DNA of 64,000 nt from a virus (taxonomy: Duplodnaviria > Caudoviricetes): positions 64,001 through 128,000 of the IMG/VR virus record IMGVR_UViG_3300014208_000023; one strand, given 5' to 3'. The translations under genes were made by a program, and so were the position numbers. The notes under the pieces are model-generated. The model was not told the DNA's origin, made no database searches, and saw only the letters and a program-made list of their open reading frames with translations. Shown here in pieces: positions 1-7,388 of the stretch (position 1 is the stretch's first letter; each line of letters begins with the position of its first letter).

Positions 1-89
1 TTGGAACAATCAGGGATTCGGTTATTGTGGAGAACCGATCGAGCCATTGCGGCGATCAGTAGGTCTCCAATCGTGGACGAGCACATCAT
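1..89 (-). CDS. hypothetical protein, runs off left edge
   Basis: ATG 89-87 overlaps the TGA of 86..283 (ATGA coupling); frame open to window edge (MMCSSTIGDLLIAAM...). Confidence 0.4.
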   Translation of the reverse strand, partial: MMCSSTIGDLLIAAMARSVLHNNRIPDCS

Positions 90-283
90 GCTAGCATCCA
101 CGATAGCAGTTTGTCAACCAAGAAGTCACTCTTGGACCTACAGCGCGGATCGTACTGAGGCTTGTAAACCACAACCAATCCGCACGGGTCTTCCAAGCAA
201 CCCTCGGGAATCCACGCCCACGACCAGCAGCGGCGAATGTCAGGTGTGGTTGAACATTCGCCGGCTTCGACTAGGGAAGCCAA
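86..283 (-). CDS. small hypothetical protein
   Basis: TTG start after GAGGA; overlaps neighbours at both ends like an operon. Confidence 0.4.
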   Translation of the reverse strand: MASLVEAGECSTTPDIRRCWSWAWIPEGCLEDPCGLVVVYKPQYDPRCRSKSDFLVDKLLSWMLA

Positions 284-456
284 TTCGTCCTCGGAAGGAA
301 GACGACGTTGGGGGAATGGGGGAAACCCATACCCTCACGCTGGAAGGGGTCGGCGGCAACAAGAGCCGCTTTCAGATCCTTGACCTTGACCATACCAAGC
401 TCTGCCTTGTGCTGAGCGTGGAACGGGCAAGTGTGCTGTCTGCAATCGTGATCCAT
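271..456 (-). CDS. small hypothetical protein
   Basis: GGAGGAGG SD upstream of ATG. Confidence 0.6.
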   Translation of the reverse strand: MDHDCRQHTCPFHAQHKAELGMVKVKDLKAALVAADPFQREGMGFPHSPNVVFLPRTNWLP

Positions 457-470
457 ATGTGTGGATCCTC

Positions 471-584
471 CTCCGTCTCAACTAGATACGACCGGGAGCC
501 TTTCTAGAATGCTCCTAATACTGGGGGAAAGTCTGGCAGTTGGGTTAGTGTCCAGTAAGTCCCCTGTATGTAGTTGAGACGGAG
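471..584. repeat. perfect 14-bp inverted repeat CTCCGTCTCAACTA / TAGTTGAGACGGAG
   Basis: Arms at 471-484 and 571-584; 12-bp core recurs at 2724-2735. Confidence 0.85.
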
Positions 585-620
585 AGGGATGAGGGATTGG
601 TTAGATCCCTCCTCACCTAC

Positions 621-800
621 TCACGGCTTCGGAATCTCCAATGACTTGATCCTCTCACCAGAGGTAGTCATGGAATGAGAAGTGTCAACCTTGCCGTTCT
701 CGATTACCCTAGACACCCAAAGATCCGCATCCGGGTAATAAGGACAGTGAGAAACAACGACGTAGACCGTGGAGTGTTCCCGAAAGAACTTCCCGATCAT
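621..800 (-). CDS. 59-aa hypothetical protein (not in ORF track)
   Basis: MIGKFFREHSTVYVVVSHCPYY...EIPKP; ATG overlaps stop of 797..994. Confidence 0.55.
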   Translation of the reverse strand: MIGKFFREHSTVYVVVSHCPYYPDADLWVSRVIENGKVDTSHSMTTSGERIKSLEIPKP

Positions 801-994
801 TCGACGTGCGCGATCTGAAAGACCTCTTCGGTCTCTCCGTCAACAAGCAACTCCTTCACCTTGTACGTGTGAAAGAGATGCTCACACTGAATAGCCGGGA
901 GAAAGTCTCTCTCGACTTCAGCAAGATCCTTGGCCCGTACGATCCTGACTTCCAGGGCGCACGGACCTTTGGCAGTGAGAACGAACAACGCCAT
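797..994 (-). CDS. small hypothetical protein
   Basis: GAGGAGG SD upstream of ATG. Confidence 0.65.
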   Translation of the reverse strand: MALFVLTAKGPCALEVRIVRAKDLAEVERDFLPAIQCEHLFHTYKVKELLVDGETEEVFQIAHVE

Positions 995-1005
995 GATGTT
1001 ACCTC

Positions 1006-1095
1006 CTCGCTATTACCTCTATCCGCAAGGGGTATTAGCTACCCCATCACCGCCCAGCTTTCTAGGACATAGTGGCATCTAGAAGTAATAGCGAG
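1006..1095 (-). promoter_or_regulatory. long leader stem-loop overlapping the SD of 797..994
   Basis: CTCGCTATTAC (1006-1016) pairs perfectly with GTAATAGCGAG (1085-1095); 5 further bp with a U-G wobble on minus; inner GGGGTA/TACCCC hairpin. Confidence 0.6.
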
Positions 1096-1184
1096 AAGGT
1101 AGAAAGGCTATGGCCCTTCCACCTATCTCCGAATGAGAGTAGGGCCGCGTTGGTTAGCGGGCGGTCTCATTCCCTGGTAGTGAG

Positions 1185-1212
1185 AGTGTAGGGAGCGGCG
1201 GCCCCCTACACT
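1185..1212. terminator. GC-rich hairpin downstream of 1228..1797
   Basis: AGTGTAGGG/CCCTACACT stem; no clear U-tract on minus, so role uncertain. Confidence 0.35.
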
Positions 1213-1227
1213 TTAGGCTGCGATGAT

Positions 1228-1797
1228 TCACGCCGACTTCCTCTTCTGAGAATTGCTCTCAGTGAGCCAAGCCGGACGGGGCTTCGACTTGTAGGCTTCC
1301 AACCTCGCAAGTCTGGCTTTGCGGGTCTCCTCGCTTTCCATCTTGGCGAAAGCTTCCGCTTCCAAGGTCGGAGAGACCGGGGGCGGGGTCATGGGCTTGT
1401 CGAGAGCAGGCGGCGGAATGAACCGCGCTTGCTCCCGAACAACCGGAACGAACGTGTGAGGAGCGCGAACAACCTCGCGCTCCTTCTTCGCGAGCTTGGT
1501 AGCCTCGCGCTTCGCCGTGGCCGATGCTTTCTTGGCATCGACCTTGGAACGCTCCTCCGGCGAGAGAGCGTTGTAAGCGGCGACCTTGGCTCGCTTCCGA
1601 GTCTTGATCGCTCGCTTCTCGGCGTACTCGGCCGCCAGCGCCTTCCGCTCCTCGTGAGAGAGGCGGATCTGCTGGCCGGTTGCGAAGTCCCGTCGGTAGT
1701 ACGGGATTCCCATCGGCAACTTCGGCTCGCTCGGTCCCTCGGGCACGACTGCAACCGCGAACGGTAGCTGAAACCTCGGATGCGTTCCGATATTCAC
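1228..1797 (-). CDS. basic Lys/Arg/Ala-rich protein with Pro-rich linker, possible nucleic-acid binder
   Basis: AGGAGG SD before GTG; 189 aa; no recognised family. Confidence 0.75.
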   Translation of the reverse strand: MNIGTHPRFQLPFAVAVVPEGPSEPKLPMGIPYYRRDFATGQQIRLSHEERKALAAEYAEKRAIKTRKRAKVAAYNALSPEERSKVDAKKASATAKREATKLAKKEREVVRAPHTFVPVVREQARFIPPPALDKPMTPPPVSPTLEAEAFAKMESEETRKARLARLEAYKSKPRPAWLTESNSQKRKSA

Positions 1798-1827
1798 TTG
1801 AGCCTCCTAGCAATTAGGTTTGACCAC

Positions 1828-1905
1828 CTATCTCTACCGGTAATAGAGGAGAATTGACTTATTGCCGCTACAAGAGACGGCATCCTTTATTACCAGTAGA
1901 GATAG
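1828..1905 (-). promoter_or_regulatory. long leader stem-loop upstream of 1228..1797
   Basis: CTATCTCTAC/GTAGAGATAG, CGGTAATA/TATTACCA, GAGGA/TCCTT and TGCCG/CGGCA stacked stems. Confidence 0.6.
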
Positions 1906-1909
1906 AAGG

Positions 1910-2729
1910 GAGAGTCACACTGCCAATGTGACCCTCACCTCCTACCCTTCGGGACCACTTATCTACGACGCCTTACGTCTCTCGCACCTCAGTCTCACCG
2001 AACCTAACGACTAGCCTGTAAAGCCAATCTGTCAGCTATCGCCTCACGTCTTCCCGGTACTAGATTAGCCATCCCAAGGGCGGCCCACCATTCCCAGGCA
2101 TGTAGACATTACTACGATTGCCTTTCTTAGATTCAGGAAACCTTGGATAGAAAGCACGTTGCCTCCGTCCTTAGCATCCCAGCGTAATCCGGCTCCAATC
2201 CTCCTATTGAAGCCTACGTATGGCGGTTTCTTAGACCTAGACCATCCCACTAGCTTGCTACTCATCCCTTGATTGTCCTATCGGATTGACTATTCAGCGC
2301 GGTACCTCTAAGGCCAGCGAGCTTGTCAGGCTCACACTCCAAAGACGCACGTTGCTTAGGCGATCCACCTTTCGGTGGCTGTCGAAAGTCTCCTCAGTCT
2401 AGCTACTCCTCTAGTCGCGCCGGCCGTTCCCTTGGAAACGGTTAGCACCTATTGGAGCCTTTGAAAGATTCAACTTTCCTGGCCTTAGTTCGCGATAGGA
2501 TCGAAAGGACCCCTTGCTTACTAGCGTTCGGTGCCGGGAACGGTTCCGGCGCAGTTTCATTGCTTGCTAGTAGGAAGCCCCTACTAGTCCGAGCGATATA
2601 TCCTCCGCTACCCGACTTTACGGGTAGTTACGGATTATGGCTGTATCGGGATAAACCCCACTACCCGTTAGGGTAGCCGCCACCGCTAGCAATGCTTTTC
2701 ACGGGAGTTTCGGCCCCGTGTTCCCGTCT
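1910..2729 (-). ncRNA. putative large structured ncRNA (GOLLD-like candidate); ends approximate
   Basis: No credible ORF; hairpins at 2700-2720, 2661-2676 (UAAC loop on minus), 2608-2627, 2567-2587, 2533-2550, 2365-2378 (GAAA loop on minus), 1914-1932; starts just below a sigma70 promoter. Confidence 0.6.
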
Positions 2730-2734
2730 CAACT

Positions 2735-2763
2735 AACCTAGCACCTACGCGCTAGGCTGTCAA
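2735..2763 (-). promoter_or_regulatory. sigma70-type promoter TTGACA-N17-TAGGTT with extended TG
   Basis: -35 at 2763-2758, -10 at 2740-2735, read directly. Confidence 0.75.
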
Positions 2764-2798
2764 GGTATGTTTAGACGTTTGAAAGTGTCGCCTTACGC

Positions 2799-2961
2799 GC
2801 TTTCCCTTTCTTCCGTCTCGCCGTTCACTCTAGCAGTGTTTGCTTTAGTGTCCAGCGGGTTTCGGAAGATTGTTTCGGCGCTACCTGCTTTCCTTTCTTC
2901 CGTCTCGCCGTTCACTCTAGCAGTGTTTGCTTTAGCGTCCAGCGGTTTCGGAAGATTGTTT
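2799..2961 (-). repeat. tandem duplication of a ~76-nt unit, likely a structured RNA module
   Basis: Copies 2799-2875 and 2887-2961 differ by one substitution and two 1-nt indels; each closed by TCTTCCG/CGGAAGA. Confidence 0.85.
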
Positions 2962-3217
2962 AGCAGGTTTCGGCTTTGGTTCCTTTCTGGTAGCGACTCG
3001 ATAGCAGGTAATGCACGACCCTTGCCAACCTTGACCGGCCCTATCAATCTGCTAACTATGCGACATTGCTAGGCTATTCGGTTTCCGCTGCTACTGGAAT
3101 TGGGGTGGTGGGGATTACTGCCACGGAAGTTTTTTTTATTATCTGTAACCTATTAGAATCATTACGGAAAAGTATCTTGTGTCAGAATTGTATCATTGGG
3201 ATCAATTGCTACAGTCG

Positions 3218-3249
3218 ATTACAGTGCCAGCGGATAATTACAGTGCCAA
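3218..3249. repeat. 12-bp direct repeat ATTACAGTGCCA x2
   Basis: 3218-3229 and 3238-3249, next to an AT-rich poly-T stretch. Confidence 0.7.
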
Positions 3250-3327
3250 CGGAATTCGCCGTTCCCGTAGGGTGTGAGGGCTGCCGCCCCCAGGCGGCCT
3301 CCCCTACTCACAGAAACGAACAAGAAT

Positions 3328-3374
3328 GATACGGTTAGGATACGGTTAGGATACGGTTGGACGGTTGGATGGTT
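3328..3374. repeat. decaying tandem repeat of GATACGGTTAG
   Basis: Two perfect 11-mers then three shortened copies, at the GC/AT transition. Confidence 0.85.
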
Positions 3375-3393
3375 CGTATGCGGCTGGGATAGA

Positions 3394-3672
3394 CTATCTC
3401 AACCTATAAGACCCAAACTGCTTAATCGTCTTTCTTCTATGACAATTAGCACATCTCATCTGACATTGAGCTATTTCTGCCACTAACCTATCTAACGAAC
3501 AGTTATTGGTTATAAGCCTATTGATACCATAGGACTTCCTGCCTACGTGGTCAAACTCTAATACTACCGGATCATTCTCTCCGCAATCTACACATGGATT
3601 ACTTAATAGATATCGATATACGTATTCTCTTTTTATATCAGTTCTTCTTTTATCACCAATCTTGTCAGCCAT
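3394..3672 (-). CDS. HNH endonuclease
   Basis: CVDCG...LEFDHV...RCANCHRRKT. Confidence 0.8.
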   Translation of the reverse strand: MADKIGDKRRTDIKREYVYRYLLSNPCVDCGENDPVVLEFDHVGRKSYGINRLITNNCSLDRLVAEIAQCQMRCANCHRRKTIKQFGSYRLR

Positions 3673-3693
3673 ACGTTAGATATATCCTATCCT

Positions 3694-4323
3694 ATGCAAC
3701 ACCAACTACTAGACATATTCCAGTTCGATAATGTAGATCCAGGACTGACTCCAAAGTATTACTCCGCCGATAATAAGAAACACGACATTCTAGTTATGAA
3801 CGGAGATGGTTCATTTCAAAAAGGAAAGCTTGGAGTAACACCTGACACTGGTATTCAGATTCCTCTCTTTCCTATGAGCGAACCCTGGAAACTATCTCAC
3901 AAGACTCCTCAGGGAATGCAATCACTACTTGAAACCTTCATTAGTTCTTTTCTTGGTCAGATAGAGCCTATAATGATAGACTCAATATTAGAGATTAAGA
4001 GCTACATTAACAATAACGGCCATATAGTAGCTGGAACTGCCATTAGGAATGCTGAGGGTATGGAACAGATATGTCGTGGCTACACCAATATCTATGAGCT
4101 CGTTAATAAGGCAGAGGCTAGCAATACCATTAATGACAGAAGATGTGTCTTTCTTAAGTCTATGGACCCCTATACAATAATGATTTGCCCGGAACCAGAA
4201 GAAACCGGGATATTCAGCTATATGGGCCATGTTCAACCAGGAACCAATAATGTTACTAATAGAGAAATTGGCTTCTTTTTATTACCGAAAGATATTAAAG
4301 TATTTAAACTCCAGGTAGCGTGA
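3694..4323 (+). CDS. hypothetical protein, possible miniature major-capsid paralog
   Basis: Shares P-x-Y, GxG, IPLF and ICPEP..G blocks with 7389..7991. Confidence 0.6.
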   Translation: MQHQLLDIFQFDNVDPGLTPKYYSADNKKHDILVMNGDGSFQKGKLGVTPDTGIQIPLFPMSEPWKLSHKTPQGMQSLLETFISSFLGQIEPIMIDSILEIKSYINNNGHIVAGTAIRNAEGMEQICRGYTNIYELVNKAEASNTINDRRCVFLKSMDPYTIMICPEPEETGIFSYMGHVQPGTNNVTNREIGFFLLPKDIKVFKLQVA

Positions 4324-5026
4324 GTTGTCTTGGATCTGGAATAGGCATTAGGTTAAGTTTCTGCTTAATCTTCTGAACTTGATCTTGCCAAAAAACGATA
4401 CCCTTCTCTATTTCATTTTGAGTAAGCTCTCTGGTGTTATCCTCATTAAAAATTGGCTTCTTAAGAGACAAAGCCTGGCGATGTTCTAAAAGCTTCTGTT
4501 CTGCTTCCTTAAGAGAGAATTTGAGATAAAGAGTTCTATTATGCTCCTTCTTATCGCTTGGAGATAGAAGATTAACCCTATTATATTCGAAATGGTCAGA
4601 AGGCTCATAGGTATATCCCAAAGACTCACCATACTTAATAGCCTCGGCCTTAAGAAGAGATCCAAAATTAAAACGCCGATAATTAGGATCGACGAATAAA
4701 TCTACCATAAACAAAGGATCGGGCTTATCTGTTTCCTTTCCTAATAGAGCCCATCCAACGATCTTGGGCTTATTGCTCTTACCTTCTATAGTTAAAACTA
4801 CGGCAGAAAAGGAATAATCGAACTTATGGCCATCATTGGAAGAATCTCTCAGCCTTGAGATGGCTATATCCATATCCGATCCAGACCCCTTACCATTAGA
4901 AAGGGCGTGAAGTCTAGGCAGTATGACCTTAGGAATCTCTATATAGTAATGAAGCTTATGCTTAGGGGCGAATAGGTTAGTTTGCTGGGATAGCCTGAGA
5001 AAAGTATCTGCTAGTTTATTAAGCAT
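4304..5026 (-). CDS. GNAT acetyltransferase-domain protein with LxxLAxxF leader
   Basis: LFVDPNYRRFNFGSLL resembles GNAT motif A. Confidence 0.6.
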   Translation of the reverse strand: MLNKLADTFLRLSQQTNLFAPKHKLHYYIEIPKVILPRLHALSNGKGSGSDMDIAISRLRDSSNDGHKFDYSFSAVVLTIEGKSNKPKIVGWALLGKETDKPDPLFMVDLFVDPNYRRFNFGSLLKAEAIKYGESLGYTYEPSDHFEYNRVNLLSPSDKKEHNRTLYLKFSLKEAEQKLLEHRQALSLKKPIFNEDNTRELTQNEIEKGIVFWQDQVQKIKQKLNLMPIPDPRQLTLPGV

Positions 5027-5041
5027 TTTTATTAAGCATTT

Positions 5042-5674
5042 TTATTTGGTTATAACTTTTCTGCTCTTACCCGGCCCAACTATAACTAGTATATCACCCA
5101 TCATTGTTTGCTTAAGATTAACGAACAGATCCTTTATTCTCCAATGAGTTTCGTGCTTGGTATCATTATGCATTACCGGGAAAGACTTAGTATAATTAGA
5201 TAGTATCTTCTTGATTTCATTATAATCCGCGGAAAGAACATCAGTGATTGAAATATCGTAATCTCCATTGGTTTCCGTAAGATCGTTAATCTCTGAAGGA
5301 GCATAATCTATTAACAATGACCTAATATCTTCTATTACCTTCCTGCTTCTTATGAAAGGATCCTGGGGGTCTCTTTTAGGCGGCGGAACCAGAGAAAGAT
5401 GCCTCGGCTTATCATCGGCATCCATATCATCAACATCATTTTCAATAGCCTCAAGCTTATCATAATACTTCGGATCCTCGGTAAGATGATCCATAGCTAT
5501 TTCAAGCTGCATATGAGGATTATTGGTGTGCTCGGATTCTATCTTCTGACCCTTAAGTAGTGAGTGGCTATCGAACTCGGATGGGTCTCTCTTATCTGCT
5601 AAGCCACCAGGAATCTTATCTTTCCAAGATAGAGTCTCCAATTCAAAAAGAGTTGCTAGTGTAAATAGTCTCAT
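5042..5674 (-). CDS. DUF5661-like protein with LxxLAxxF leader
   Basis: DKIPGGLAD...EHT...IAMDHLTEDPKYYDKL, recalled as DUF5661. Confidence 0.65.
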   Translation of the reverse strand: MRLFTLATLFELETLSWKDKIPGGLADKRDPSEFDSHSLLKGQKIESEHTNNPHMQLEIAMDHLTEDPKYYDKLEAIENDVDDMDADDKPRHLSLVPPPKRDPQDPFIRSRKVIEDIRSLLIDYAPSEINDLTETNGDYDISITDVLSADYNEIKKILSNYTKSFPVMHNDTKHETHWRIKDLFVNLKQTMMGDILVIVGPGKSRKVITK

Positions 5675-6141
5675 AGCGAAGTTGTTTCCTTATGTTTCTT
5701 GGATTCGGAATGAGAAGTAGTTATATGAACCTTAATCTCTTTATTGGCCATAACCAGAGAAATGGCGTGATCTGGGTAATAGAATACCATCTTCTCTCCG
5801 GTATCTATCTTATGTTTTGTATTGAAGGTAGATTGGATAAACTGGGCTAATTTGCGATAAAGATGAAAGGAATTGGCGGAAGCGGTAATGATTGAAAACT
5901 GGTAATCAAACCGGCCTTGCTTGTGTAGCTTGGAAACATCATCTCCAAAGTTACGATCTATTATTTGATAAGCAAAAGTATAGATTGAGTTTATTATAGC
6001 CTTTGTCTCCGGGAACTTCGGTAATATGGCCGTAGGAGATTTTTCAGTCTCTGGGAACCTTTCCGTAGTTGCGGGTTGATCCTTGTTCTCCGCTTCCTTA
6101 GCGAAGGATTCTGCCAGAGCAATAAGATCCATAATCTTCAT
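5671..6141 (-). CDS. hypothetical protein with LxxLAxxF leader
   Basis: Coupled to 5042..5674; TATAAT upstream. Confidence 0.7.
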   Translation of the reverse strand: MKIMDLIALAESFAKEAENKDQPATTERFPETEKSPTAILPKFPETKAIINSIYTFAYQIIDRNFGDDVSKLHKQGRFDYQFSIITASANSFHLYRKLAQFIQSTFNTKHKIDTGEKMVFYYPDHAISLVMANKEIKVHITTSHSESKKHKETTSL

Positions 6142-6250
6142 ATAGATATGCTAAATTATAATCAATCCTGACAATCATTTAACAACCTATTGATTCCTGT
6201 TATAATAGCAGCCAGAAAGAACAATCCAATGGAGATAAAGATTAATATAT

Positions 6251-6472
6251 TCATAGTGTAGTTATATCGGGAAATCTAGTCCAAAGCCAATCTTTATCCC
6301 AAGTTTCTATTGAGCTATGGTCAGTGAATGAAGTATCGATAGACCAATCATTCTTTGTTTCAACATGTCCAGTGCCGGCTTCGTATTGAAAGCGACCAAG
6401 TATAGACGGCCTGAGGATTATTATATTGGCCCTCTTATATATTAAATGTCGGGGATCGGTTTTAATCCACAT
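6251..6472 (-). CDS. small hypothetical protein
   Basis: GAGG SD; ATG start. Confidence 0.6.
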   Translation of the reverse strand: MWIKTDPRHLIYKRANIIILRPSILGRFQYEAGTGHVETKNDWSIDTSFTDHSSIETWDKDWLWTRFPDITTL

Positions 6473-6558
6473 TATCTTCTTTCCTCTCTTGAGATATATC
6501 TAATCAGCAAACCAATGGCTATCATAATACATAGTCCGGCAACCTCTCCAATACTCAT
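6472..6558 (-). CDS. 28-aa single-pass membrane peptide
   Basis: MSIGEVAGLCIMIAIGLLIRYISREERR; stop overlaps next start. Confidence 0.45.
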   Translation of the reverse strand: MSIGEVAGLCIMIAIGLLIRYISREERR

Positions 6559-6745
6559 AAATCAGTCTATATCATAGGTCTTTCTAGTTTGAATTCAGAA
6601 GAGATTATGATTAGATTGAGGGGAATGGCAAAGAGGTTATAGTCTAATTGTAGGCTTTATACTGTCAGGGTCTGGAGGGCATATAAAATGGGGTCCGATC
6701 GGAAATCTACAACGGTAATGTCCGTATTCAGCGGTATCTATCAGA

Positions 6746-7309
6746 TCACTTATAATCTTCAAGCTTAATGTTCTTAAGCTTTCCTACAACATCCTCAAGC
6801 TGGCCAACCCTATCCTTATCCTTGAAGCTGGCCGGCCCTTCATCCGAAGCCTTGCGCGTAAAATCTAAAGTTTTATTAACACGAACATCATATTCATAAT
6901 CATCATTTGGTGGTGCCGTCTTAAGCTTACTATAGCTGGACACATCTTCCTGATGAAGCGTATCGTATTTAAAACTTTCCAAAGTTTCGGCGCCTGATTG
7001 AGTAATGACAAAACGCTCCGGAAACTTGCGTTTAGATGGTACATGTGTTCTCTCGCGTAGTCTGGTCGGATCTCCGAGCCTATTTCTTTCGACATCTTGC
7101 GTAACTCCATGATTCTCTGGAACCAAGTCCAATTCTCCCCAACGCTGTAGTCTTGAGGCAATATTCCATTCTTCATCAGTTAAATCGCTAGTGGCCACAT
7201 ATCCCATTGGACTGTTATTGATTTTATTAAGCAACTTAAGCTCTGCCTTGGGGTCTCTGGTAGATTGGGAAACCACATAAAATTGGTGAGCAAGCTTGTA
7301 TAGGTTCAT
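6746..7309 (-). CDS. hypothetical protein with LxxLAxxF leader
   Basis: MNLYKLAHQFYVVSQ; 187-aa ORF. Confidence 0.7.
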   Translation of the reverse strand: MNLYKLAHQFYVVSQSTRDPKAELKLLNKINNSPMGYVATSDLTDEEWNIASRLQRWGELDLVPENHGVTQDVERNRLGDPTRLRERTHVPSKRKFPERFVITQSGAETLESFKYDTLHQEDVSSYSKLKTAPPNDDYEYDVRVNKTLDFTRKASDEGPASFKDKDRVGQLEDVVGKLKNIKLEDYK

Positions 7310-7388
7310 AGTATAATGCCATTAGAGGAATTGATTATTTGATATTTTTTATGGCCATCATAGTGAGCTTCTTGATATATAAAGAGTT

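Noticed and set aside
1-507. Plus-strand 168-aa ORF
   Set aside because: Antisense to three coupled minus-strand genes, two with SD sites; no protein-like features.
806-1813. ORFs 806..1072+, 1259..1813-, 1389..1754-, 1429..1767+
   Set aside because: Shadow frames of GC-rich genes 797..994 and 1228..1797, which have the SD sites.
2799-2961. CRISPR array
   Set aside because: Only two ~76-nt units with an 11-nt gap; no spacer pattern and no cas genes.
2925-2967. c-di-GMP-I riboswitch (GC.AAAC..GAAA..GGACGC.AAAGC look-alike on minus)
   Set aside because: Bases flanking the GAAA do not pair, so the required hairpin cannot form; the unit has a different closing stem.
2065-3329. ORFs 2065..2265, 2452..2676, 2767..3072, 2793..3047, 3066..3329
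   Set aside because: No convincing SD, they overlap dense hairpins, and repeat indels shift the frame; better explained as ncRNA.
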